From: Candidatus Hodarchaeota archaeon
GTDB taxonomy: Archaea; Asgardarchaeota; Heimdallarchaeia; Hodarchaeales; Hodarchaeaceae
NCBI GenBank assembly: GCA_016839815.1
Contig: JAEOTM010000145.1
Span: 1-64,000 of the forward strand
DNA length: 64,000 bases
Direction of reading: 5' to 3'
Below are positions 17,559 to 27,547 of the stretch, piece after piece. The translations under genes and the position numbers were made by a program. The notes under the pieces were generated by a model. That model did no database searches. It saw only the letters and a list, made by a program, of their open reading frames with translations, and had not been told where the DNA came from. The first letter of the stretch is position 1. Every line of letters starts with the position of its first letter.

Positions 17559-20507
17559 TTACTCCACCTTGAGAATTCTACTAATATCTTTACGAGAAGC
17601 TAGATATGCTGGTATGACGGTACCTATGCCAGCGGCGACTAGGATTCCTAGTATAAGTTGACTTAGGAGTGTTAAAGGATATTCTACAACTGCAGGAGGG
17701 ATGGATTCTCCAAATTGGATTACCTGGAGAAACATAGTAACAAAATAAGCTCCTGTAAGGAAACCAATTACGGTTCCGAATGAAAGAATAGTTAACGCCT
17801 CCACTAGGAATGACTGGGCAGTTTGCAGTCGTGTCATTCCCAACGCTCGCTCCACACCAATTTCTTTGCCTCGTTCTACGTATGTAAAAAACGCAAACAT
17901 GATAACTCCCACAATTGAAATTACAGCACTGATTATTAAGTCCGAATTGAGAATGGAGAGCATAAATGATCGGTCGAAGGACTCTTGATACTCATGATAG
18001 TCTAATGCAGGAGAGTAGACCGAGGCATCCGTTTGATTCTGAATAGCTAATATAGTCTCTGCAATATGGTTATAGGAACTTAGTTTAATCAAATAGTGAC
18101 TTTCTACAGTGCTTGGTTCATACTGAGAGGCATTGAGCTTTGCATATAAACCCAAACTTCCTACCATCCAATAATATTGCGATGATTCATCCCCTCTCCA
18201 TGGGTATAATGAAGGCCAATAATTAAATGTTCCACCAATTACAAATGGGACTGATTCAGAGGTGTTTTCTCTCTGTAAGGTAAAATCAATGGAATCTCCA
18301 ATGGATAGTTTTGGGACTTCCGTTTCCATATTACCTTCATAGAGGACTAAACTATCATCATCAGAAATAGTATTCATTAAATCCTCCAAAGAGTCACTTA
18401 GTCCAAAACTTGAATGTGTAAATGCCACCTGTGCATATGTAGTCGGATCTACAAACCGAAATTGGAGTGATTTGTAGTAATATCCATGAGTGTTATAATG
18501 TACTTCATATACATGACTTATTTCCGATATATAGGAAATATTTTCCTCTAAAATAGACAGGATTGTAGTATTCGGGGTTTGTCCAGTGGAAACGACAATA
18601 TCGGCGCCAAAATGATAATAATATGAATTTTTTTTAGTTTGATCGACAGAAAAGATTAATGAGGAGGCTAAAATTGAAAACGCGAGCGTAAGAGTGATTA
18701 GCAGTACTGCTCGATTGGCTGACTGTTTATGACGAACCACATTCCGAATTGCGAATGCAGTGACTCCTCCTTCTACTCGCCACAGAAAGTTAGATAAAAT
18801 TCTCATGAGATAGGGAAAGAATCGCGCTATTATCATTATTGAGCCAAAAAACATCATAAATGGAGCGGGTATCCCTAATAATCCTACAATTTGTACAAGT
18901 AGAAAATCAATCTCTCCTGGATATCCTGAATAGGGAGTATTGATTAACATCAGCAGAATAATCCATGTTACTGTTCCTATGATAAACATTATGACGTCTA
19001 AGTAATATCTATTCCAAAACGGTGGTTGTTTCTCCGTGGGATCAAGTGTATCGATAATTTTTTGCCTACTCATCTTAATTATACGAAGAAAATTCAGTAA
19101 AATGGAAATTATTAGTCCCCAGATGACGATTAGCTGGAATGAACTAAGCGTAGCCTTCACAGGAACAGGTGTTCCCAGAAACATAAGGAAGTCGTTCGAA
19201 CGCATCACTAAATCTGCCAGGAAGAGACTGATAACAAAACCAATGATTACTGCGATGAGGGTTGAAACAAGCATCTCTCCTAGTAAAATCGAAAAGATTT
19301 GCAGTGAAGATCCCCCACGGGTTTTTAAAATTCCAATTTGATCCTGTTTTTGTCGACGGATTAATCCAAAAGAATAAATGACTAGATACAGAGCTATACA
19401 AATGACAGGGAAGCTTACAAGTAATAGGATAATTGTTAATGAGAAAATTTGGTTTTTGTAGTCCTGCATATTATTATAGACGCGTGAATAGACATAGAAA
19501 TGATAGTCATTGGAGTAAAACTCTTCTTCTAGCCCTTGAAGGAATTTTTTTAGGTTTGCAGTTTCTCCTCCTATATTATAGGCATCTAGTTGTGAATGAT
19601 CAAAGAAAACTTTACCTCTGACATATCCTCCTCCATACAACTCATTGATTCCCTCATATAATTCATCCAGTAGCTCTTTGAATAACGTCGGTTTTGTGAG
19701 TAAATTGAACTGTCGATAGGGATCGGAGTACATATATTTTTGGAGTAATCCCTGTGTTGTATTTTCAATCAATCCTGATACTTCATCTGGTTCTGACATA
19801 TCCCTTAAATATTCTACACGTGGGACTTTTAAAATACCTGTGATGGTGACAGTCTTATTGATTGCTGGCCCTTCATAGTTTTGTAGACTAATATTTACTT
19901 GATTATTTAGAGTAAAATTTTCAAATTGATTCTCCTCCTCTATTTCCCATGAAGCAACAGGTTCACCTTCTGGACGAATAAAAATAACTTCGCTTGCATT
20001 TTCAGGTAGTCTCCCCTCAAGAAAGGGAAGTATTTTTGAATAAAACTCTGTAGTTCCTGCACAATAAAGCTCTAATTCCATAAAACGCCAATAGGTCTCA
20101 TTCAAATCCTTAAACTTTGTCCATTGTCCGACATAGTGAGAACTATGCCAGTATGCTGCAGAAATTTTATCTTGATAGTCATACAGCGCGGCAGTTTGAT
20201 TTAACATGGCCGAATATGTACTAAAATTAGTATAGAAAGAAGATAAACTAGGTGTAATTTCGCTTCCCCATCCTGGATCCAGATTGATTTCAATATCACC
20301 ACTATACGGGTGATCCTTATCAAAAATCATTTCTTCGAAGATTTCCTGACGATACGATTCTACAATAACATTTGTTTCGGAAATCACTGTTAAAGCGATA
20401 ATCAAGCCTATCATTGTAGGAAGAATCAGTCTTCTATTCGTAATAATTAGTTCATAGGTTAAAATGAAGGGATTTATCAGTCGAGTGAGTACTATCTTGA
20501 AAGACAC
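17559..20507 (-). CDS. FtsX/MacB-like ABC permease (two FtsX units)
   Basis: QIGILKTRGGS and ERGKEIGVERALGMT motifs, multiple TMs and two large external domains. Confidence 0.9.
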   Translation of the reverse strand: MSFKIVLTRLINPFILTYELIITNRRLILPTMIGLIIALTVISETNVIVESYRQEIFEEMIFDKDHPYSGDIEINLDPGWGSEITPSLSSFYTNFSTYSAMLNQTAALYDYQDKISAAYWHSSHYVGQWTKFKDLNETYWRFMELELYCAGTTEFYSKILPFLEGRLPENASEVIFIRPEGEPVASWEIEEENQFENFTLNNQVNISLQNYEGPAINKTVTITGILKVPRVEYLRDMSEPDEVSGLIENTTQGLLQKYMYSDPYRQFNLLTKPTLFKELLDELYEGINELYGGGYVRGKVFFDHSQLDAYNIGGETANLKKFLQGLEEEFYSNDYHFYVYSRVYNNMQDYKNQIFSLTIILLLVSFPVICIALYLVIYSFGLIRRQKQDQIGILKTRGGSSLQIFSILLGEMLVSTLIAVIIGFVISLFLADLVMRSNDFLMFLGTPVPVKATLSSFQLIVIWGLIISILLNFLRIIKMSRQKIIDTLDPTEKQPPFWNRYYLDVIMFIIGTVTWIILLMLINTPYSGYPGEIDFLLVQIVGLLGIPAPFMMFFGSIMIIARFFPYLMRILSNFLWRVEGGVTAFAIRNVVRHKQSANRAVLLITLTLAFSILASSLIFSVDQTKKNSYYYHFGADIVVSTGQTPNTTILSILEENISYISEISHVYEVHYNTHGYYYKSLQFRFVDPTTYAQVAFTHSSFGLSDSLEDLMNTISDDDSLVLYEGNMETEVPKLSIGDSIDFTLQRENTSESVPFVIGGTFNYWPSLYPWRGDESSQYYWMVGSLGLYAKLNASQYEPSTVESHYLIKLSSYNHIAETILAIQNQTDASVYSPALDYHEYQESFDRSFMLSILNSDLIISAVISIVGVIMFAFFTYVERGKEIGVERALGMTRLQTAQSFLVEALTILSFGTVIGFLTGAYFVTMFLQVIQFGESIPPAVVEYPLTLLSQLILGILVAAGIGTVIPAYLASRKDISRILKVE

Positions 20508-20728
20508 GTTAATCTTGCATCCTAGATCGGGGAAATAACTTGCTTTGAGAAATTTTAAGAAATTAAATATAACTAGTTCTCAATCCCCTTAGCTTTCTTA
20601 TAATAATTAATTTGCAGGAAGTTATATCAAGTATTCCCTCTTTTATTTTCTTGATAATGTTACCCATTTTTATGAATTCTATCAAGTTAGGTTTTAATGT
20701 TTGAGTAACCAGTACAAAATTCTAACGT

Positions 20729-21181
20729 TTATTCTAATGGCAGATATTTTTCACTATATTCAACAATGGTATGAAAGATCTTAATGGCTTGTGTAATTTC
20801 TTGTTCGGAATAATCTTGTAAAGAACTACTCATTACTTGTCTTAAATGGTTCCTGAATCGGGTATAAATTTCCCTACCTGCCTCTGTCAGCATTAAGCTC
20901 ACTTTTCGTCTATCAGTCTTAGAGACTCCTCTTTCAATGAGGTCCTGTTTCACGAGAGAATCAACCTGTCTGGTGGCTGTACTTGCCCCCAAATTAAGAA
21001 TTTCAACGATATCTCTCATAACACATTCCTCTGTTGTGGCAATTACATGAAGGATAAAAATTCCCCCCCCTATTTCGGTTCCTTCATGAGAAACATTCGC
21101 AATATGTCGTGTTAAGCTTATTAGCTCAACTAAAAATCTATTAGAAATTTCTTCTACATGTTTAGTCACTCTGGTCACCAT
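20729..21181 (-). CDS. MarR family transcriptional regulator
   Basis: STATRQVDSLVKQDLIER...DRRKVSLMLTEAG. Confidence 0.9.
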   Translation of the reverse strand: MVTRVTKHVEEISNRFLVELISLTRHIANVSHEGTEIGGGIFILHVIATTEECVMRDIVEILNLGASTATRQVDSLVKQDLIERGVSKTDRRKVSLMLTEAGREIYTRFRNHLRQVMSSSLQDYSEQEITQAIKIFHTIVEYSEKYLPLE

Positions 21182-21287
21182 AGAGAGAGTAATAGTGAAG
21201 ATATTTATTTGATTTTCTCAATATTTGAGTTTTCGAAATATATTTAATAAAACTTCAACCTTTTTCCTCATACTTCGACTTGATTAG

Positions 21288-21319
21288 TTGCGAAATGCAA
21301 TATTTCATTATCAGAAATA
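21288..21319. promoter_or_regulatory. Two adjacent short inverted repeats (candidate MarR operators) in the divergent intergenic region
   Basis: TTGC-gaaat-GCAA (21288-21300) and TATTTC-attatca-GAAATA (21301-21319), just upstream of the 21329 start. Confidence 0.4.
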
Positions 21320-21328
21320 AATCTAGTA

Positions 21329-21763
21329 GTGATTAAAATGAATGATGAAAACAGAATAAAATTACTTAGAATAAGTTTTTGGGTTGGAGCTGTCTTAGAT
21401 GGTATTTATGCGGTCAATATGGGGTTAGTTTGGCTTATTGACCAGTATTCAGGATTTGATCCAATTCGATTATTACGATTCACCGAGGGATTGGAATCTA
21501 GATATGCATGGGGTTTTGCTTGTGTAATGGTGGCATCATGGACTATCCTCTTGATCTGGGCGGATAGAAAACCGCTCCCACGAAAAGAAGTAATTCTTCT
21601 TACCGCTTTCCCCTTAGTTTTAGGATTGTTAGTGGATACTTTCTTTGCTATAGCTGTTGATTTAGTTTCTTGGGCTGATATTCTTCTTATACAACTGGTA
21701 TATGTTTTTTTAATTATTCTCTTTACATCTAGCTACTTTCTAACCAGAACGATTGAAGACTAG
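21329..21763 (+). CDS. Hypothetical 4-TM membrane protein divergent from MarR
   Basis: LLRISFWVGAVLD and WTILLIWADRKP motifs; four hydrophobic segments. Confidence 0.7.
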   Translation: MIKMNDENRIKLLRISFWVGAVLDGIYAVNMGLVWLIDQYSGFDPIRLLRFTEGLESRYAWGFACVMVASWTILLIWADRKPLPRKEVILLTAFPLVLGLLVDTFFAIAVDLVSWADILLIQLVYVFLIILFTSSYFLTRTIED

Positions 21764-21912
21764 TGAATCATTTTGGTGATAGAGTAGTATGAGTAAAATT
21801 CAAATTAAAGAATTCCTAAAAAGTGAGAATATGTGATGTAGAAACAGATTTTGAATTTTTGATGTTAGATTAAGAATTAACTGAGTACAGGATTAAGAGA
21901 GTCTTAAATTGA

Positions 21913-23055
21913 TTACATCTGTTTTTCTTGAGTTATGGTATTCAATCGAACATTGAGATACTTTACTTCAAGGAGTTTGAAATACTGTTCAAACTGAACA
22001 TATGTATGAAGAATTTCCTTTAAGAAGAGGGCAAATGAGCTGGTTTCTTTATCCATATTTTCTCTCTCCATTTTTTCTAGCAAATGATTAATTTTTCCTT
22101 GTATTTCCCGTGCATAAATTACATTTAATCTTATTCGATTTATTGCACGTTTATCCCACGATTGGTATATTTGATAGTATTTCTTCCGATCTCCTGGTTT
22201 CTTGACTAGTTCAATCATTTTCATTCTGATTAAGAGATTCAAAATACCGGAAATCGTACTTCGTTGAAAGTTGGTTGTTTCCTCAATTTCCTTCTGAGTG
22301 AGGGGCCGTTGTTCAAGTAATAATTCGGTGCCAATAATTGCTCGTGCAATAGAGTTTTGGGATCCTTGAAAGAATAAGTTTTCTCGAAGTCTGAGGAAGA
22401 AAGTTTGTTTAAACTGGTTATAGAGAGCTGCTAGCTCGGGATCTCTTATAATCTGAGCTGAATTTGTTTTAGGACTACTCGGTGGGTTCATTAGTTTTTG
22501 TATTTCTCTTTGATATTCCGGTGAAGTAAGGAGATCATAATTAGGAAGTTGAGAAGAGTTGATCTGTCCCGTAAGTACCAGTTTGCTTAATTCCGAGGAA
22601 GTATCTTCTAAGAGCTGGATATAAAGTGCTGAAAAGTAGTAATAATCTTCAAGGAATTTCTTAAAGGTCTCGAATTTCGGATGTTTTTGAGCATGTGGCT
22701 GAATTTCCTCAATAAGAGGGAGAAAAAAGTCAGTTCTTTCTTGATAAGTACTCATAATGTTCAGTAGAATTTTAAGCATAAATTCTCGGGGATTAATATC
22801 AATGGAGTAATATTTTTTCCTAATTCCTGGTTGCTTGAGTTTTTTTATTGGAAGATTCATCTGTAGGATTTTTAGCATTTGAGAAATCGTCGTCTTGGAG
22901 TATCTCGTCAGTTCCTCAATCCGGTCTTGAGTTATTGCTTCCTGTTCTAGAAATATAGCCATTAGACAACCGAAATATTTCTTTGGGAAAGGTAAATCTG
23001 AGTGTTTGTTCTCCATATAGTAAATGAATTCTTTTTTGATTTTGTCTAGACTCAA
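21913..23055 (-). CDS. Tandem (duplicated) GbsR/MarR-like winged-helix regulator
   Basis: Two homologous halves: LEQEAITQDRIEELTRYSKTTIS...PGIRKKYY and LEQRPLTQKEIEETTNFQRSTIS...PGDRKKYY. Confidence 0.8.
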   Translation of the reverse strand: MSLDKIKKEFIYYMENKHSDLPFPKKYFGCLMAIFLEQEAITQDRIEELTRYSKTTISQMLKILQMNLPIKKLKQPGIRKKYYSIDINPREFMLKILLNIMSTYQERTDFFLPLIEEIQPHAQKHPKFETFKKFLEDYYYFSALYIQLLEDTSSELSKLVLTGQINSSQLPNYDLLTSPEYQREIQKLMNPPSSPKTNSAQIIRDPELAALYNQFKQTFFLRLRENLFFQGSQNSIARAIIGTELLLEQRPLTQKEIEETTNFQRSTISGILNLLIRMKMIELVKKPGDRKKYYQIYQSWDKRAINRIRLNVIYAREIQGKINHLLEKMERENMDKETSSFALFLKEILHTYVQFEQYFKLLEVKYLNVRLNTITQEKQM

Positions 23056-23341
23056 TGGAACCTTTCCTCAGATGGTTTCAGATTAGTTTTCTCCCAATTT
23101 TTATCTTTTTGTGAAAATTCTCCTTTTCTCTCTTAGTGAATTTTCCTATGGAAATCCAATATTCTCGTATTTACTTCAATTAAATCTAATTATCTGTAAT
23201 CCTGTCACTTTATAAATTTTCCCCTATTTTCTGAATTTTTGTGTTTTTATGAAAATATTTATATATTAATCTTAGAAAACGTACTCATGACTTTCAACAA
23301 TCAAGAAAGAGAATTACGAATTAAAAAGTTGAAAAGAAGTC

Positions 23342-24763
23342 ATGATACAAATGAAAGAAACAATGAAACTTAGAAAATTTGAAAGAAAGGTTAGCTCTTT
23401 AGAACGAATATTTAATCGCTCTCCCTTTGCGATAGTTACAATGGTAGCTCGGATAAAAGGTAATGTGACCGAGGAGCTTCTAAAAAATGCTGTTAGCAAA
23501 GTCCAACAGAGACATGTAAATCTTCAAGCTCGTATTTATGAGGATAATGATCATAATTTATGGTTTACATCAGAAGGGGTTAAAAAAATCCCAATAAAAG
23601 TTGTAACCCGAGAATCAAATGAACAGTGGATGGATAGTTATCATGAGGAATGTAGAATTCCTTTTGAGTTTGATGAGCGCCCTGCGATTCGGTTTATTTT
23701 AGTGCGATCTCCAGAAATATCTGAATTAATAATTCTATGCCATCACATTATTTGCGATGGGATGTCCTTAGCATATCTGGCAAGAGATATCATGACACAT
23801 CTTGGAGATCCAACTAGAGAGGCGGAAGTCCTACTTGATCCCTCTCCTATGGATAAAGATAATTTTCCACAAGAAGTATCAGTTAATCCGATTATCAAGT
23901 TTTTTCTAAATCGGATCAATAAGAAATGGAAGAAACATGAAGTTTATTTTGACCAAGAAGATTATGAAACCCTCACAGAAGCTTATTGGAATAAGTATAA
24001 GCATGAAATGCTCCCTATTAATTTTTCAGAGGTTGAAACTTCTGCATTAGTAGATAGATGTCGAAAAGAGGGAGTGACAGTAAATACAGCTTTAACTGCC
24101 GCGTTTGCGGGAGCACAGACCATAATTCAAGAAAAAGAAGTCAATCCAAATATAGCTATTGGTGCTAGCGTTAGGGATCGGCTTCTACATCCCGCAGGGG
24201 AAGCTATAGGATATTATGCTGGTGGAGTTACTCTAAAGTTTAAGTACAACCCCAAAGTAAATTTCTGGGACAATGCCCGGAAACTCCATCGAAAATTGAA
24301 ACCACAATACACCAATAAGAATCTATTCAAAGAGATGATACCCTGGGCTTATCTCCAACCTGGTATTATGGAATCACTTTGTTACAAAATATTAGGGGAA
24401 TTCGCATCAGAAGGCTCACCACGGTATACTAAACTTACCGCATTCAGCAAACAAAAAGATGTTATTTCATCTTTAATTAAACAAGAGAAGATGGACTCTC
24501 TAGATAAACCCTTTTTAGGAACTGCCATTACAAATCTTACCCGTTTGGATTTTCCTAAACAATACGGATCATTAGAATTAGATCGTCTTATTATGAATCC
24601 TGGAGGTATGTTTCCTTTAGCCCTTGTAAGTCTAGTTTTAGGAGCAGTCACTTGTGCAGGAAAATTGAGTTTGCTTATCGAATATACGGAACAGACAGTT
24701 GATACGAAATCTATGGAAGAAATCAGAGACAAAGCTCTTGAATTCCTTCTTGAGGGTCAATGA
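23342..24763 (+). CDS. Condensation-domain / alcohol acetyltransferase (PapA5-like) CoA-dependent acyltransferase
   Basis: HHIICDG (HHxxxDG) motif, CRKEGVTVNTAL, TNL. Confidence 0.85.
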   Translation: MIQMKETMKLRKFERKVSSLERIFNRSPFAIVTMVARIKGNVTEELLKNAVSKVQQRHVNLQARIYEDNDHNLWFTSEGVKKIPIKVVTRESNEQWMDSYHEECRIPFEFDERPAIRFILVRSPEISELIILCHHIICDGMSLAYLARDIMTHLGDPTREAEVLLDPSPMDKDNFPQEVSVNPIIKFFLNRINKKWKKHEVYFDQEDYETLTEAYWNKYKHEMLPINFSEVETSALVDRCRKEGVTVNTALTAAFAGAQTIIQEKEVNPNIAIGASVRDRLLHPAGEAIGYYAGGVTLKFKYNPKVNFWDNARKLHRKLKPQYTNKNLFKEMIPWAYLQPGIMESLCYKILGEFASEGSPRYTKLTAFSKQKDVISSLIKQEKMDSLDKPFLGTAITNLTRLDFPKQYGSLELDRLIMNPGGMFPLALVSLVLGAVTCAGKLSLLIEYTEQTVDTKSMEEIRDKALEFLLEGQ

Positions 24764-24963
24764 TGAGTCAGAAGTTTGCTTTACTGCTCCACTTCATTAG
24801 CTATGGACTAGCTAATGTCTTCCTTATCTTTTTTTTGAATTCTAAGATTATTAACTCGTCATGGCCCCTCAATTTTCTGCTTATTTGGGGAATCGTTCTC
24901 CTTTGTCACTATCTTTATGTTTTTCATCTCAATGATGTAATTCTCAATCATTTCACAACGTGA
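24760..24963 (+). CDS. 2TM domain protein
   Basis: HFISYGLANVFL...WPL...IWGIVLLCH pattern; ATGA overlap with the upstream gene. Confidence 0.7.
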   Translation: MMSQKFALLLHFISYGLANVFLIFFLNSKIINSSWPLNFLLIWGIVLLCHYLYVFHLNDVILNHFTT

Positions 24964-25000
24964 AGAGGTGTTTGTTGGAAAGAGTGAAAAATTAAGATAA

Positions 25001-25969
25001 CTAAGTATTCAATATAGGATCAATTTCTTTAATCATAGCTTTCAATGTAGCTGCTGAGTTTTTTAATAGTTGTTGCTCCTGGTCATTAAGCTTAATTTCT
25101 AAAACTTTTTTGATTCCTTTCTTTGTTAGGATGGCTGGTAAACTCAGATACACATTTTCAATATCAAGAAACCCATTCACAAGACCTGAAACAGGTAATA
25201 TTGAATTTTCATCATTGAGAAGAGCAGCTGTTATTCTCACTAGAGCAAGTCCAATTCCATAGGAGGTCTCCCCTTTTCGTTTGATGATTTTTGCACCAGA
25301 ATCACGGACCTCTAAAAAGATCTTATTTAGTTCCTCCTCGTGATTACATATCTTACAATTCTCACAGATGGGACAATACTCCTCTATTAGATTTCCTCCC
25401 ACTAATACTCGACTCCACACTGGAAATTCGGTTTCCCCATGTTCACCTAATATATAGCCGTGAACATTTCGTGGATCTACCTTACAATGGACTGCCAAAA
25501 GGTTTCGAAAACGAGCAGTATCTAATACCGTCCCAGCTCCTATAACTTCCGAAGCAGGTTTTTTGGAGAGTTTAAATGCCGCATAAGCAAGTATATCCAC
25601 TGGATTGGTTACTACAAGAAACAAGGCTTTAGGGGCATAATTCATGATTTGTGGAATGATTTCTTTGTATAAGTAAACGTTTGCTTTGGTCAGATCTAAA
25701 CGGGATTCACCAGGAGAGCGATTTTTTCCTGCGGTTATCACGACGAGATCTGCCCCTTTGATATCCTCGTAACTCCCTGCATCTAGCTTCACAGGGGAAG
25801 TGTATGGCGTTCCATGGGATAAATCCATAATTTCTCCCTCTACTTTTTGACGATCGATATCTACTATTGTGATTTGTCGGGCCAGACCTCTGATCATTAA
25901 TGCATAAGCATAGCGAATTCCCACATTTCCCCCACCGATTATTGCGACTTTTGGATGTAGCTCCTCCAT
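25001..25969 (-). CDS. ldh: L-lactate/malate dehydrogenase family (LDH-like scaffold)
   Basis: GGGNVG, TAG..PGESRLDL, VTNPVD, LDTARF, GEHG, KGETSYGIG. Substrate specificity is uncertain (see findings). Confidence 0.85.
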   Translation of the reverse strand: MEELHPKVAIIGGGNVGIRYAYALMIRGLARQITIVDIDRQKVEGEIMDLSHGTPYTSPVKLDAGSYEDIKGADLVVITAGKNRSPGESRLDLTKANVYLYKEIIPQIMNYAPKALFLVVTNPVDILAYAAFKLSKKPASEVIGAGTVLDTARFRNLLAVHCKVDPRNVHGYILGEHGETEFPVWSRVLVGGNLIEEYCPICENCKICNHEEELNKIFLEVRDSGAKIIKRKGETSYGIGLALVRITAALLNDENSILPVSGLVNGFLDIENVYLSLPAILTKKGIKKVLEIKLNDQEQQLLKNSAATLKAMIKEIDPILNT

Positions 25970-26147
25970 AATTTCTCTTCTCCCTCGTGATTTCTTATCT
26001 TTTCGGGTGATTTAGTAGTAAATTTCTTCTTTCATCCATTGTTGCCTTAGAGTTCTATGAAGGTCATCAAAGAAAATTCCAACCACAGTATAACACTTTT
26101 AAATGAAATTACACTAGATTACACTATTAGCGAATTGAGGTGATCGT

Positions 26148-27431
26148 ATGAAAAGTAGAAAATTGGGAATGCTCATTTTTCTAATTCTGATTAGTCTAAT
26201 ATCTATTGGTTTCACTAAATCTTATTCATTATCAATTGGTTTAGGTTATTTTCCAAACGGTAAATGGAGAACTTCAACTCCTGAAGAACAGGGAATGAAT
26301 TCTAATAAATTAAATGCCATGCATGACAAAATTATTAATGAAGGACTTGGTGTGGATTGTGTTCTAATTGTGAGAAATGGTTATTTAGTCTTTGAAGAAT
26401 ACTTTGACTATTACAATTTCACCAATCTACATAACACTTGGAGTGTTACCAAGAGTATTATTGGACTATTAGTTGGAATTGCAAATGAGTCTGGAATAAT
26501 TCCTAATTTGGATGAACCTATCCTTGAAATCTTCAATGATTATACTTTTACGAACGTTGATGCGCGAAAAGAAGCGATAACGATACGTCATTTATTGAAA
26601 ATGCAAATGGGAATTGAGTGGAGACTTGAAACATACGGAGTGATTGATCCCTTTGATTATACTTTTCATTCTAACATGTCAGATGAGAAATTGGAAACCT
26701 TTCCTGTTGATGAAGATAATGACTTTTTCCGTATGATAAATAGTGATGATTGGGTACAATACATCTTGGATAAACCAATGATTAATGACCCAGGAGAAGT
26801 TTTCGTCTATAACGATGGAGCAATTCATCTACTTTCAGCTATTATTAAGAGAAAAGCAGGGATTAATACTGTTGATTTTACCAAGCAATTTTTATTCAGT
26901 CCATTAAACATTAGTGATTACCATTGGTATAATGATTCCCAAGGAATTACTGTGGGGTCACATGGGTTATGGTTACATCCCCTCGACATGGTTAAGATAG
27001 GCTATTTATGTCTGAATAATGGAACGTGGAATAACACCCAAGTTGTTCCCGAAGAATGGATTCCTCAACCAACTGCTGAAGATGGTTATCTCTGGTGGAA
27101 AAATACAGATTTTAACTACTATAGAGCATTCGGACTTGCAAATCAACAAATTTTGGTTAAACCCGACTCAAACTTGGTATGTGTAATGACTGCCAGTGAT
27201 TATAACTCTAATGCTCCTGGATTGTTAATATTTTCACATGTCCTTCAATCTTTCTTACTAGAGTCCACTACTTCAGATATGGATACCGTCTTAACATCTT
27301 TTACCTCTGATGAAGATGCAACTACAGATGAAACAACATCTACTTTGACAAAAGATTCCACATCTATCTATATATTCAGTGTCATTGGTTTTATTCTTTG
27401 TATACCTATCCTGAGAAAAAAAAAGAAGTAA
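26148..27431 (+). CDS. Serine hydrolase (beta-lactamase class C / AmpC-like) with C-terminal membrane anchor
   Basis: SVTKS (SxxK), ITIRHLLKM, PGEVFVYN; Thr-rich linker, TM and RKKKK. Confidence 0.85.
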   Translation: MKSRKLGMLIFLILISLISIGFTKSYSLSIGLGYFPNGKWRTSTPEEQGMNSNKLNAMHDKIINEGLGVDCVLIVRNGYLVFEEYFDYYNFTNLHNTWSVTKSIIGLLVGIANESGIIPNLDEPILEIFNDYTFTNVDARKEAITIRHLLKMQMGIEWRLETYGVIDPFDYTFHSNMSDEKLETFPVDEDNDFFRMINSDDWVQYILDKPMINDPGEVFVYNDGAIHLLSAIIKRKAGINTVDFTKQFLFSPLNISDYHWYNDSQGITVGSHGLWLHPLDMVKIGYLCLNNGTWNNTQVVPEEWIPQPTAEDGYLWWKNTDFNYYRAFGLANQQILVKPDSNLVCVMTASDYNSNAPGLLIFSHVLQSFLLESTTSDMDTVLTSFTSDEDATTDETTSTLTKDSTSIYIFSVIGFILCIPILRKKKK

Positions 27432-27547
27432 TATTCAAGTGGGTGTTTATTAAATAAGTTTCTCTCAACTATGAACTTTTAGAAGTGCATTTAGGGCCAT
27501 AGTTTCGAGATCTATAACTTCAAAAACCTATTTACTTCATATCCTAG

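Noticed and set aside
23342-24763. NRPS biosynthetic cluster
   Set aside because: Only a stand-alone condensation-fold protein is present; there are no adenylation, carrier or thioesterase genes in the window.
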